The notes beneath the pieces are model-generated. The model saw nothing but the letters and a program-made list of their open reading frames with translations, searched no databases and was not told the DNA's origin. A stretch of DNA of 64,000 bases, taken from assembly GCF_037042905.1 (NCBI RefSeq), contig NC_087245.1, positions 22,570,001 through 22,634,000 of the forward strand. Reading direction: 5' to 3'. Position 1 is the first letter of the stretch. Each line of letters begins with the position of its first letter. The stretch comes from Lytechinus pictus (Eukaryota). Shown one piece after another: positions 25,922 to 37,800 of this stretch. A program made the translations under genes and the position numbers.

Positions 25922-27379
25922 ATGTGGCATTACTATTGTTTAAATATGTCATGGTTAAGTCAAGTTGGTCCTTATTGTCAAATTTGTAAAAATTGAAATA
26001 TTGTATAATTCAAACAATAAAAAACAAAAGAAATAGTGAGTGAGGGACATCATCGATTCTCTCATTTGCATGTGGCTAAATTGTGCATATAACTATTTTG
26101 TGAAAAATAATTAAAATGTCATAACTTTCTTATTTTACATCCGATTTTGATGAAATTTTCAGCATTATGCTTGTCTGATTTTTTTCTATTGATTCAGGTC
26201 AAAAATATTCTGAGGTGGACTTGACCTTTAAACAATCTTTAAAATGTTTCGTTTTTACGCATTAGTGAGGTTATGCCACTTCATGAGAACATGCACACTT
26301 ATATACACTGTTCCTTTTCATGCAGGTCAGTATACATGTATATATTTGTTTTATCTAAGATCAAGCTCGCGCTTCAAGTCTCGCTCGTATATTATTCTTG
26401 TTCATGATTATACAAAAAAAGTCTTATGTGGAGTATTTCATCAACATCTTTGTCCGACAAGTTGTCAGATATAACACCTTTCCTTTATTTTGATTGGATG
26501 AGAGAAGCACTGTTACTATGGTAACTTACTAGAGCCAGGGAACACTGGTCCAGTAGGATATGAAATATATCTGACATTTCATATCTGATTAGTAAAGCGC
26601 TATAGGGTATATATAAGCAAGCTCATTTCGAAAATAAAGTGACATTAATTTATAAATACAAAATTAACTCGCCAAGAGATCTCATTCGTCGATCGAAACG
26701 GTAAAATAGCCCAAATTATTTGGCCAGTCAAACAATTAGAGTTCCAGATCCAGGGGGAGGGCACATCCAGCCTGTGCCCCCCATTTGAGAGCCATAATCA
26801 AACATTTAATGTAAATATGCAGTTCTACACAAGTGTGCTCCCCTTCTGAAAGTCACAGCATGTATGTTTTAATTGGAATATGTCGTACATACACAATTAA
26901 TGAGGACTTTTTTCTTGTCTTGTCAAATTTTCTTCGGGAAATGCCCCCTCCGTTTGGAAAATCCTGCATGGATCGATCCGCCCCTGTTCCCATGGACAAA
27001 GGAATTTAATTATATACTTTTGTCAATCAGGTATATCAAATTAAAAGGGTTGGGTTGAATGAATATCCTTTGCCTCTTTTGCCATGCACCTGTAATATGA
27101 CACCTTACGTTTGATTTTAAATAACAAAATAATAATGTATATGCTTTCAGTCATACTTATGTCATATTATGTAGGACTGTCCACACAGATTCTCTTAAAA
27201 TGAAATGAGATTACAGGAAACGTAATTAATCATTTGAAAAAAAGAGAAACAAATATGAATATAGGATCATAACAGCATTTATTATACATTATTTAATTTT
27301 TTTTCTTCAAAATTTCTCAGGGGGGGGGGGCAACGATTCTGACAGAGGTTGGGGGCACATGCCCCCGTGCCCCTTTTAG

Positions 27380-27514
27380 GGTGTGTGTGTATCTGAGTTT
27401 TGTCAGACGTGTATCAATCAATTATTTCCGTCTGGGACCGACCCTTAACGTCACCATCCGAAAGACGTGATGGCTCGAACCTCTGCATCAATTTGTAACT
27501 TTCCCAAATAGCTT
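27380..27514 (-). mobile_element. 5'-truncated copy of the SINE at 46794-46965
   Basis: Colinear with 46794-46935 (B box GGTTCGAGCC, GTCTTTCGGATGGTGACGTTAA core, (AC)n tail) but lacks the first ~30 nt of the head. Confidence 0.8.
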
Positions 27515-28670
27515 ATTGGGATGCTTCGGGCTGAAAATAATATGATTTAAATAGATACAGAAAAATCATACAAACAAAACACTAAAAGTTTGATCCACAT
27601 CGGACAATGAATAAGTTCCGGTGAAGCAGTTCTAGGCATGTCATGAATATTCAATGAGCAAACTGATGATGTCATATCCCCTCATGTTCTTTTGTATTTT
27701 ATTATATGAAATTAGGTTTATTCAATTTTTTTCTACCAAGAACGGAAAAAAAAAAACCGATTGACAACTGATTTAGTGCATTAGATATTCACTGCATGCT
27801 GCAACTTATTTAATTATAGAGGAGACACATCAGTTATTCATTCATGTTATATGAAAAAAATGAAACAATTATGATTTCATGGAATAACACAAGAAAAAGG
27901 AAAGTGGGGAGTGACATCGTAAGCCTTTCCGCCCACCTCATATAAAAATGATGCTAAACTTTAAAATTAATTAACTTCGTTATTTTTTTACCTGATTTTG
28001 ATGAAATGTTCAGCATTCTTCTCTGTGAAGTATACTCTATTTATTCAGAAATATATTTTCAGTCCGGAGTACCCATTTAATTGGATTACAAGCGCTGTTG
28101 TTGATTTGCTTTTCAAGTGGCTTTACTCTCAAATGATCGAAGCTTTATGCTTTTTATCCGTAAACAAAAAAAAAAACCTATATGGTTTTATGCTAAAATT
28201 TCACATACCTTCAATCAAAATGAATTTAAAGCGATTAGGAATGAATAAAAACATGACTGGTTGAGGGAATAATTCAGGGCACTGCAGGGTTTTTGGCTGG
28301 GGGCGCTGATGTATTTGAAAAGACAAAAAAAAAAGAGAGAAAAAAGAAAGGTTTTCACTACAACAGGAGATCAAATTGGTGCCAAGAAATTTGAAAAGGG
28401 AAAAAAGGAAAGAAGAAAAAAAAAGCAGGTTTCACCAGCAGAAAATGAAGCAATTGAAGCCCATTTTTTGTTTATTTGTAATTATTTTTACACATCTTTC
28501 AGAAAACCCGGGGTAATGCCTATGGAGAATTATACACGCAGCACCCCAAGGACATTTTTGGAGCTGCTTTAGCACCCCCGCTTCCCAGGGCCATGGACAA
28601 ATAAATTAATTTTACCTTATTCATAATTGTTCACAAATTATTTTGGCTGATTTTATTCTCGGTAAGATAG

Positions 28671-28738
28671 TATCGCGATATCGATAATGTTTTGCGCGCG
28701 ATAGCTAGCTTTTCAGAAGTTGCAAAAACATGGCGGCG
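28671..28738 (+). promoter_or_regulatory. CpG-rich SMCHD1 proximal promoter motifs
   Basis: Palindromes TATCGCGATA (28671-28680) and TATCGATA (28679-28686, DRE-like); AACATGGCGGC (YY1-like) overlaps the start codon. Confidence 0.4.
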
Positions 28739-28876
28739 ACCATGGCAGGTGAAAGTTCGATGGAAGAAGATTCGACTGTGTACGTGTTCGACCGTCGCAA
28801 GGGCTCAGAACCAGAACGGAAAATCACCCTTGGAGGAGTCTTTAGCTTTGCTGATTTTAAAGACTTGATAAAGAAA
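28730..28876 (+). CDS. SMCHD1: SMCHD1 exon 1
   Basis: [49 protein letters not shown]|gtaagc. Confidence 0.88.
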
Positions 28877-31800
28877 GTAAGCTATCCCTGAAGGCTGAAA
28901 GCCGCTGGCGCTGCGAGTGGCTCGACATTCGGCATTCGCACAGCCAAACACGGGTCTCGTGCCCATCATCGAAAAATAAAGCCACACCACGCAAAGGCAA
29001 AGCATCCCCGCAGCTCGGCCCGGTCCGTCCGGTGGGTCCAGCTGAGCTGAGGCTGAGCTTGAAAACAGGGCTAATGCAGTTTCACACTGACTGACTTAAT
29101 TCAGTTAGAGTAAAGTGCCAAAATATCGGACACTTATTTGACCAAAACAAAAATACAATTATTGAATTTGAATCAAATAAAAATCATGATGTTTATTTCC
29201 GTAGCCTCGTAGGGCGTAGTAAAAAAGTATGATGGGGGGACCTAAAGTTGGCTAAACATGCTAAAATAAAGTAAAGCTACGCACTTTGTTTTCAAACAAT
29301 AAAACTATCCCAATTTGTAATATTTCAACAAATATCTTTCACTAATTTGTGGCAAACATTCTAAAGATCATTAACCAAGTCCAAGAAGAAAATATCGCAA
29401 AACTCACTGTCTGGAGAAAAAAATTATTTTACTTATTTCAAGAAAATATCACATTTTCTTTGTGAATTTGAAGAGAAATGACCTTCAGACTGACAGAAGT
29501 CAGAAATGTATAATTTTTGAAAAAAATCCAATTATTGGCTGCTAAAAAGAAGAATGAAATTAGGTAAATTTTCAGCATTTCTCTGCCATAGACTGTGTAG
29601 TTAAGAAATGGACACACACAAATCCAAATTTTTAGCTTCCGAGAGCTGTTATAAATTTATTATTAATGCCAAAAACTTGTCCATAAAGAGTCCAATAGGA
29701 TTTTTTATGCTCTATCTGATGGTATGATTTTTATAAAGATTTGGAAACCAGATCACAATGAAAAATTGTTACAAAGTGAAAAAAATTGTGCAAAACAGAA
29801 AATTCATTTTCCCATAGAAAACGCATGGAGAAATGGCAATTTCAACACACACAAAAATAAGGGTTTGCAATTTATCTTTAAATCCTTATTCAAAATGATC
29901 ATATAAACTTGTCCTTACTGTCAAAAGAAGCCCCTGAATTTTCTCTTTCCATACATGCCAAACACAAGTTAATAATCATTTCAGATCACATTTTTCTAGT
30001 AGCCTGAACTTCCCCGAAAAAATGTGCCATATTTTCCCCTAAATCAGCCTGTTTTATGCTGACACTTTTCAGTGTGGCTTCAGACACCCTACTAATACGA
30101 AAATCCCGCCGTGTTTTCCGAACACCTCTTGATTTCGCCACCCGATGTAGATAGAAGGGGTCCTAAAGCTACGCACTCGATTTATCATGCAAAAAAAGAA
30201 TATTTCCTGTGCCTCAATTTCTAAAATATATTCATATTATTATAGGATAAAATGAAATTTAAGCGAATATAACTTAAAAATTCCAAACAGTTGTTGGTTT
30301 CTCTGCATTTAGAGATTTACTGCAGCCTCTGTAGAAAAAAATTGAATAGGAATCGTTCGTCACTCTGCAGTCACAGTTCCACACACACAGACAGAGTGCG
30401 CATTTGCCATAAAAAATGTATGCGCGAGTGGTGCGTAGCTTTAGGACCCGCGCAGCTTTAGGACCCCCTACCATACAAATGTCATAAAAAATAGAATTGA
30501 AAAAATTATGGTAAATGGAAATTATTTACTTACTACCAGAAGCTTGTTTTTTGCCAAATATCGGATGCAGTTTCCAAATATCGGAGGCGTAGAGTTGTGC
30601 GCTTGATCAATTTCGGCGATTTAAATCGCGCTCTAGACCCCAAAATAATTGCTTAAAGGGGAATCCAGCCTTGGCCATAATACGTTGTGTTGGGAAGGAG
30701 AAAAATAAATTAAACAGAATGGGGAAAGTTTGAAAGAAATCGGATAAGCAATAAGAAAGTTATAGCTGCTTTAAAATTGAGATCACTAATAGTATGTCAG
30801 GGATGCCACTTTTCCGTATTTATACGGAATTCCGGCTTTTTTCCTGCTATCTGTCTTATTTCCGTATTTCCGACTTTTCCTGTTTTCTGTGTATTAAAAA
30901 AAACGGAAAGTCCTCCTTTTTTCCCCCTATCTCTCCCGATTGCGATGCATGTCGATCGACCGAGTGAGAGATATTTCCCCGAGATATTTGCTTTTATACA
31001 GTACATAATTTATAAGCGCGCGCACTGCCTACTACGTTAATTGAGTTATGCTTTTATCAAGGCTTTCTGATTAGAATTATCGATGTCCTGGGGTGGTATT
31101 CTGAGATCCATTTTATCTCAGATAAAATAAAATATTTTATCTCCGTTAAAATCAGTGAGATAAAATACCCTTAATCTCTCCGAATTGGTATTCTGAGAAC
31201 AATTTTATCTCCATTTTATCTCTGTAAGACACACCTATTTTTTAATCAATATCCAATTATAAACGCGCTTTTATAGCTCTCTCATATCACTCAACCAATG
31301 GAAATCCATTCCGCTAGGAGGTGTGGCGAAGGAGTGAGATTGCGTCAATTTATTGACTTCAATACGCTTGCACTATACGCCTGCGCGTCTTTACAGAGAT
31401 TTCTTTTTAACAAAAATGGCAATACTCTCATCTTTTTTTCGAAGTCTATATCGCATCTTTTTAAGCATCATTTCAAAGACAATATTAGTCAAGAAAAGTC
31501 TTAAGAAATACTTCCTGATTGTACAGGAATAACTTTAAGGTGCTGTTCTCAATGAATATATCATTTTTCTTAATTTTCATGCCAACATTTGGAGTTAATT
31601 CACCTAGAAATATTGACGAAATCAACGTCGTGGAGATAAAATAGCCCTTACCCTCTTTTAAGTTTATTTTATTTTTTTCTTCAAAGTAACTTGGGCGCAA
31701 GCACATCACCCGCGTTGCAATGGCCAGATACGCGATGGGTATGTCTACGCAGCCACTGCTCTGTTGCGTATCATCATAGATACGCAAGATAAAATTTATA

Positions 31801-34800
31801 CTCAAGATAAAATTTTAAATTTTATCTGAGAGATAAAATGTCATCTCAGAATACCAATTTCATTTTAAGAGATAAAATAAAATATTTTAAAGATAAAATG
31901 ACCTCAAAATACCGCCCCGGGCCAATCAATGCGAGCGACAAGTTCCGAACGCACGCACATAGACAAGCGCAAAGTAGCGGCACGAATCGCGGTATAATAG
32001 CGACTGGTAAATACGTCTGTAAATATGATGACGTCATCCAAGATGGCAACTTACGATGACCAACGAAGGAATCGAGGATGACTAAGTTTTTATCATCATT
32101 TGAAAGGAATTAGCGGTAAATGCGGTCTAAGGTACGATGTTTCTGAATTTTATATATTTTTTCGTAAGTTTGGATGTAATTATTTTTTCATAATGTGACA
32201 TTTTATGTACCAAAAACGATCCGAAAATCGGGTTTCCGCCGAATGTTAGATCTAACGTTACTGCTGCATGCTGATACGGAACCCAGGGAGCTCCGGCCCG
32301 GAAAGCGGGCCGGAGCTCCTTGGGTTTACGTATCAGCTCCCTGGGTTAGCTGATACGTTGTCTTTATGTACGGGCCAATAACTCTTCAGTCTATGTATTG
32401 GTGAGTGGAGCCAACGCGGTTCAGCTGAACAACCAAAATACAGAGACTGAAGCTTTTAGTCTAGCGTTCTATGAGAAACACACAACTAACTACCGTCAGT
32501 TTTTCAAACCTAATTGACTTCAAAGTCATCGATCACAACAAGGTAAGAAGCCACTTGGTCCTCCCCCCCCCTCCCCTAAATTTGAGGTGGGGGCGGACCC
32601 CCCCCCTCCTATTTTTTTTATTTTTATTTTTTTTTGCTTGTCCAATTTTTTACCTGTGACATGTGTCCATCCCAAAATTAAAGGTGGACCCCCCCAAAAA
32701 AAATTTCTTGGACACTATCCCGGCCCGCGATAAGTTTCAGTATTTTTGGAGGACACCTAGTGGCATCCCTGGTATGTAGATTTCAAATTGGCAACTAGGT
32801 AAGTAAATTATGACAAAGGGCAAGGACAACTTCCCCATAGGCCATGTACTTTATTATCAGGGATTTGTGGTTTTCTCCTAAGTACCCATTCCCCTGGGGC
32901 AGTAATCTCAATATAACCCAGGTAGTATATTGTTTTATGTCCTCATGAAAGAAAAATATAATTTGAAATAAAACTTTTGGGAAAACTGAAATTTTAGCCA
33001 TAATATGTATTGGAGTACATGGAAGAGTAGTCCTTGCCTTACATCACTATGACATCCCATATGCGGCCAATTTGAAGTCTCCATGGGTATAGTGATTACC
33101 AATATTTACAACTTTTAAAAATTCATAACTTTCTTGTTGTTTGTCCAATATTGTTCAAACTTTCACCTATCAACTTGTCTGATTTTTCTTTTTCTTATAA
33201 AAACAAGTTTTTATTTGGGTTGGATTCCCCTTTAATTGTTGATAAATAGTTTAGCTGCGCGAATGCCGATTTTGATTATTACTAGACCTATCAATAATTT
33301 TGATATAGAAATCGGTAAATATTGATAATTTACTTACCAAACGGACCTCTCTCGGCTCTGAACATCAGACGTCTTTGCTCAGCTGCGTGCGACTTTATTC
33401 TTAAAACGAGCGCGTGCGCGTCAACAGCACGCATTTCCAATTCGATTGGCCGATGTGTCCGATGGCGATGTTTGGGATAGTGCCATATTTGGAAGGGTGT
33501 CAAATTTCTCGCCATGGGGAACCCCTGCTGCGGCCATGCAGATTTTTTTTTCGATATATCGAACATGTGTGATCTCGGCGGTGATATTTCTGGCGGACGT
33601 CACTTCCCCCTTACTAAATTCTTTTTGGTCATCGATCTTTTGGAGTCCATAATTAGCGAGGGTCATAAGAATCTCTGGAAGTCAAAATCTTGGTTTTTAC
33701 CACTTGATTTAACCCCTGGAATATTTGTTTTGAGCTGCAACTTGGATTTTCCGTGTGTGCAGTTCAATAGCACGTATGTTCATGTATCTCATGCATGCAA
33801 GTCCCCTGCCAGTGCAGGTCCCTGTAGTTATGGGAGGGAGTTGAAGTCATTTTTGTCCGATATTTGAAACCGTATAATGTTTGGGGACTTTACGGTACTC
33901 TAGGTTTAATTGAGCAAATTTCCCCACCAGCAGATCAAATTTTTCGCAAATATGCACAATTTTGCAAAATAATTCTCTCTCAAAATCGAATCACAATCGT
34001 GACAATTCAATTAGCCTAGGTCTCTGTTAATTCTGCTGAACTCCGTTGGCTCTACTCACCAATTACAGAGACCGAAGTTCTAACTCGATCTGTACTAGCC
34101 AGCTTCAGGAGGCTCCTGGAGAATATCACTGACATGCTTAATCTCCATGGAGCCAGGGATGGGATGCCATTGCTCTACAGACTACACGCACCAAGTATTT
34201 TGCCAACAATAATATTGCTCTAAAATACTTGTTTTCTTTAGGGTTTCGAGCCCAAACTTACATGTATGTAAATGGGCTACCATTTTTACCTTTTTGGCAC
34301 TAAAGAGTCATATCTTAAAATAAAATTAAGTTAGAAAAAACTTGAAAATATTAAAAGTAGAGGAGCGTTTACTCACAGTCTGTTAATGTCGCCATCTTGC
34401 TGTCTTTGTTATTGTAGCCTAGCTACAAGACGCGTATAGAGGGTGACAATATCAGGTGCAGCGCTAACTTAGATAAAAAAAGTACTTGCATTTGCCTATA
34501 AATATCATGAATCTTACCTTATATTTAAAGTTGTCTCAACATACTGTACTTAAATGTGACACTTGGCCGAAGCCTATTAACCGAATGTCAAAGCGGTTGC
34601 AGGTTTTCTCTGCATTTTGGTTATTTATTGCAGCCTCTTTAGAAAATATGAATAACGGAGTTAGTGATCATTATTCACACTGCAGTTACAATGCTAGAAA
34701 ATATTGTGCCAATGTTTTTGCTCTTGGTTGGCTCTTTTTCATGGATAACGATGGTGCAATCATTGTGCCAAAAGACAGCCAGAAAACTGAAAGACTTGCA

Positions 34801-37800
34801 ATAGATGGTAAGTAATGCATGTAAGTCACCCTCATGTGCCAGACTTTTACAGACCAGCCAACATTTGAAATAATAAATAATATTCTTTGATCCCTAGTGT
34901 ATTGATCCCCCAAACTGTCTTTTCCCCCCTAAATTCGTATTCTACTAGTATGCTAAAATGTGAATAAATATTGCAGATGGGGGGATCCTACTTCTTGTAA
35001 TTTTCTCAACTGCTGCGTGTTTCAGAAAGTAATCTCAGGAAATGCTCCAGGATCATATCAGTCACAAACAGTTGTAAAATATGTCCTGACTGATGAAAGA
35101 ACGTGTCTATTTCATTCAAAGAGACAGTGTAACGTATGACTTTCAATGAAGTGTCTTGCCTCATGACCAATCATGAAATTTTAATTGCTTCTCTGATTAG
35201 CTTCCCCTTCGTTCCAAAACTTCTTCAAATCAGTTGAGGTTTTGAGGACAACTGGCTTGACAAATCTCACAAGTGAGTCCTTGAGAAGTTTGTGTTTTGT
35301 TTGTCATCTAGTAAGTTGGTTCATCCTTCTCAGTTTGGATTGGTAACAATGGTAATGAATACTTCAAGAATAAGCAATAAAGTTTGTTGTAGACTGCAAT
35401 TGAGAACCATGAATCTCATTGGCTTTCTTTGTTCGAGAATAGAGAAATTGTTGATTTCAAGGCTTTTGCTGTCAAAGGCTTTTAAAAAATATCCTTTCTT
35501 GTCTTCGATGGAACATGTCTTGTCTCCCTATGTTTGTTTGGCAGGAGTTTCTTGGTTGAACTTGGTTTTCTCTCTGAAGAGACCCATTTGATTTGAAGGA
35601 TATGACTTTTCAAGTTTCCAGTTGACCCTAAGGATTTAGTATCTGTGTTCGGTGTCTTTAAATCTTAGTGGAGGTTTGACAATCATCACTCTTTTTCTCC
35701 ATTTTAATACTTTTCTTTCTCTCTGAAGACAATGTTTGTTTCTTTCTTTGCTCTGGATTTTCCTTTTATTTGGCTTTGGTGGTTTGGACTTTCCAGCTGA
35801 AGATGTAGCATCTGCTCTCACTTTCTTTGACTGATCAGAGGCTTGTTGGTCATCATTTTGCTTTGTTTTCTCAGATAGGATACCAGCTTCTTGCCCAAAG
35901 GAGATCACCAAAGCTTCTCTTTTTGCTCATAGCAACCTCCCTACTAGTGAAGACACCAGCGATAACCATTGTATACATACGTGCATGCTTCACAATTTTG
36001 TGGGTTGCAGTGCAAGAGAGCTTCTGCGCTCCTTTCAGTTCTTTATGTCACTTTGACGACTTCTCCAAGTCGTAGTAGATGGAAGTAAGCAAATTAGCAG
36101 TGGGAAAGGGCAAGGTACTGTAGGTGCTCCCTTCTCAGCAGCTAAATATAAACAATGGCATGGGCATCCCAATACAAATATGTCTGGATTTGCTTTCCTC
36201 ACATAGACAGCAGCATCTGCATGTACACCTACCATTACATATGTGTTATGTGCTGAGAAACAAACACAGTAACTCCATGGTATTTTTCTTTAATTCTCAA
36301 GAAGTTTGTAAATGTTTACTCCTGTGGATCTCTCTTCTGTATTTGCAGTAGTTAGTTGCACACGAAAAAATCTATGGAGATCTTCACCATAATAGTGGAC
36401 AACAACTGGAAAAAGCTGTTCATTGGTCGGAGTTGCTATCAATTGGTCTAGAATGAAATCAAACGAGGATAAAAACATCAAGCAAAAACTGTAATAATCA
36501 AACTTACTTAGCTTGTACATGTGTTTTGGATTTATTTCTAAAACTGATGAATTGTACCAAAATCAGACTTGGGATTCCTCCCCCCTTCACAATGAGAAGA
36601 TTGGTAAATTTTGATGTCCATTTTAAAATTCTATGTTCTTATTTAAGCCTCATCTTTATGTTTGTTTGGTATTTATAGGAGTTTGGTATCCCAGATAATG
36701 GCAAGTTTGTCATTGCTACCACCAACAGAGAAGAGATCAATACAGATGAAGCTTACGGTAAGCTATGTTCCTACACTGTACGTTATGCACAATCATTAGT
36801 ATTGTTAACCTCGCCTGTTCAGACAGGATGGAATAAATTTCAGCAACATTTGTGGGGCCCGAGTCATAAAGGACTTACAATAGCAAATAGTTGTGACTTT
36901 GCCATTATGGCAATCTTTTAAAAAGATGGCACAAAATGATTTTGCCAGAATTGCATAGACAAATTCACGATATTAAAACCAAGTCATGGCATCATTGATA
37001 AAATCATTATTATATCATGAGTTTGTCCATGAAACTTTGGACGAGTAATGCATTTTTTATAACAAATGGGTAACTTATCTCACCATCTGAAGACTATGGA
37101 AAATGTTGCAGATTTTTGATGCACCAGGTTTGAACAAAGCGTTATGAGGATGCCATCTACCTAGCTAAAATATGCTTAAAAAATGAAGGTCTGATGAATG
37201 CTATGGATGCAGAAAACTGTTGTGTTTATGAGGATTACATTTTTCTGAGACCTTTTCTGATGGTGACTGCTGTCGTGTCAATGTCAAACTCTAAACCCAG
37301 GTCAAGTTTTAAAATTTGATCATAAATTTGAATATATAAGGACCCTTTTCATGAAACTTAGACATAGGGTAATCAAATGTCACTGATCATGTGGTATAAA
37401 TTTCAGGTTACATAGTCAGTTTTGTAGTCATTTGTGGTCTCTGAACTTTAACCATGTTGTATTAAAATTGAAACCTGAAGCAAAGGTTAAGATTTTTTAT
37501 TTTCAATTATAAATCCCTCTTTAATAAAACTTAGATATAATGGTTTGTAGTAATTATTGGAATTTAGATTCATAACAGGCAGGTCAAGGGTCTTTTGGGG
37601 TGAATAATTTTTGACTATTTTGTGATGTAACATTGAAACTTAACTGAAGGTTAGGACTAGAATTTTCATGGTAATTTAGAAATTTATTAACTATATTTTG
37701 CAAAACTTGGATGTAATGGTTTTCAGGTATCAGAAATCTGTTTAATTGATTTGATTTCATGCTATGTTTTTCTGCCAAATATATTAATAATAAATAGTTG

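Larger units (their letters stand above)
24002..26227. mobile_element. Kolobok-like MITE with two nested insertions
   Basis: TTAA|AGGACAAGTCCACC ... GGTGGACTTGACCT|TTAA; internal sequence homologous to 15317-15914. Confidence 0.8.
30657..33231. mobile_element. Kolobok-like MITE (interrupted)
   Basis: TTAA|AGGGGAATCCA ... TGGATTCCCCT|TTAA. Confidence 0.8.
29108..33895. mobile_element. Tc1/pogo-like non-autonomous element, outer layer of a nest
   Basis: TA flanks; degenerate TIRs GAGTAAAGTGCCAAAA / TTTGGGGACTTTACGG; AAATATCGGA motif at 29121, 30556, 30576 and inverted at 33856. Confidence 0.5.

Noticed and set aside
11919..28729. Bidirectional promoter shared by the THEG-like gene and SMCHD1
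   Set aside because: The start codons are 16.8 kb apart, separated by transposon debris, and each has its own proximal motifs.
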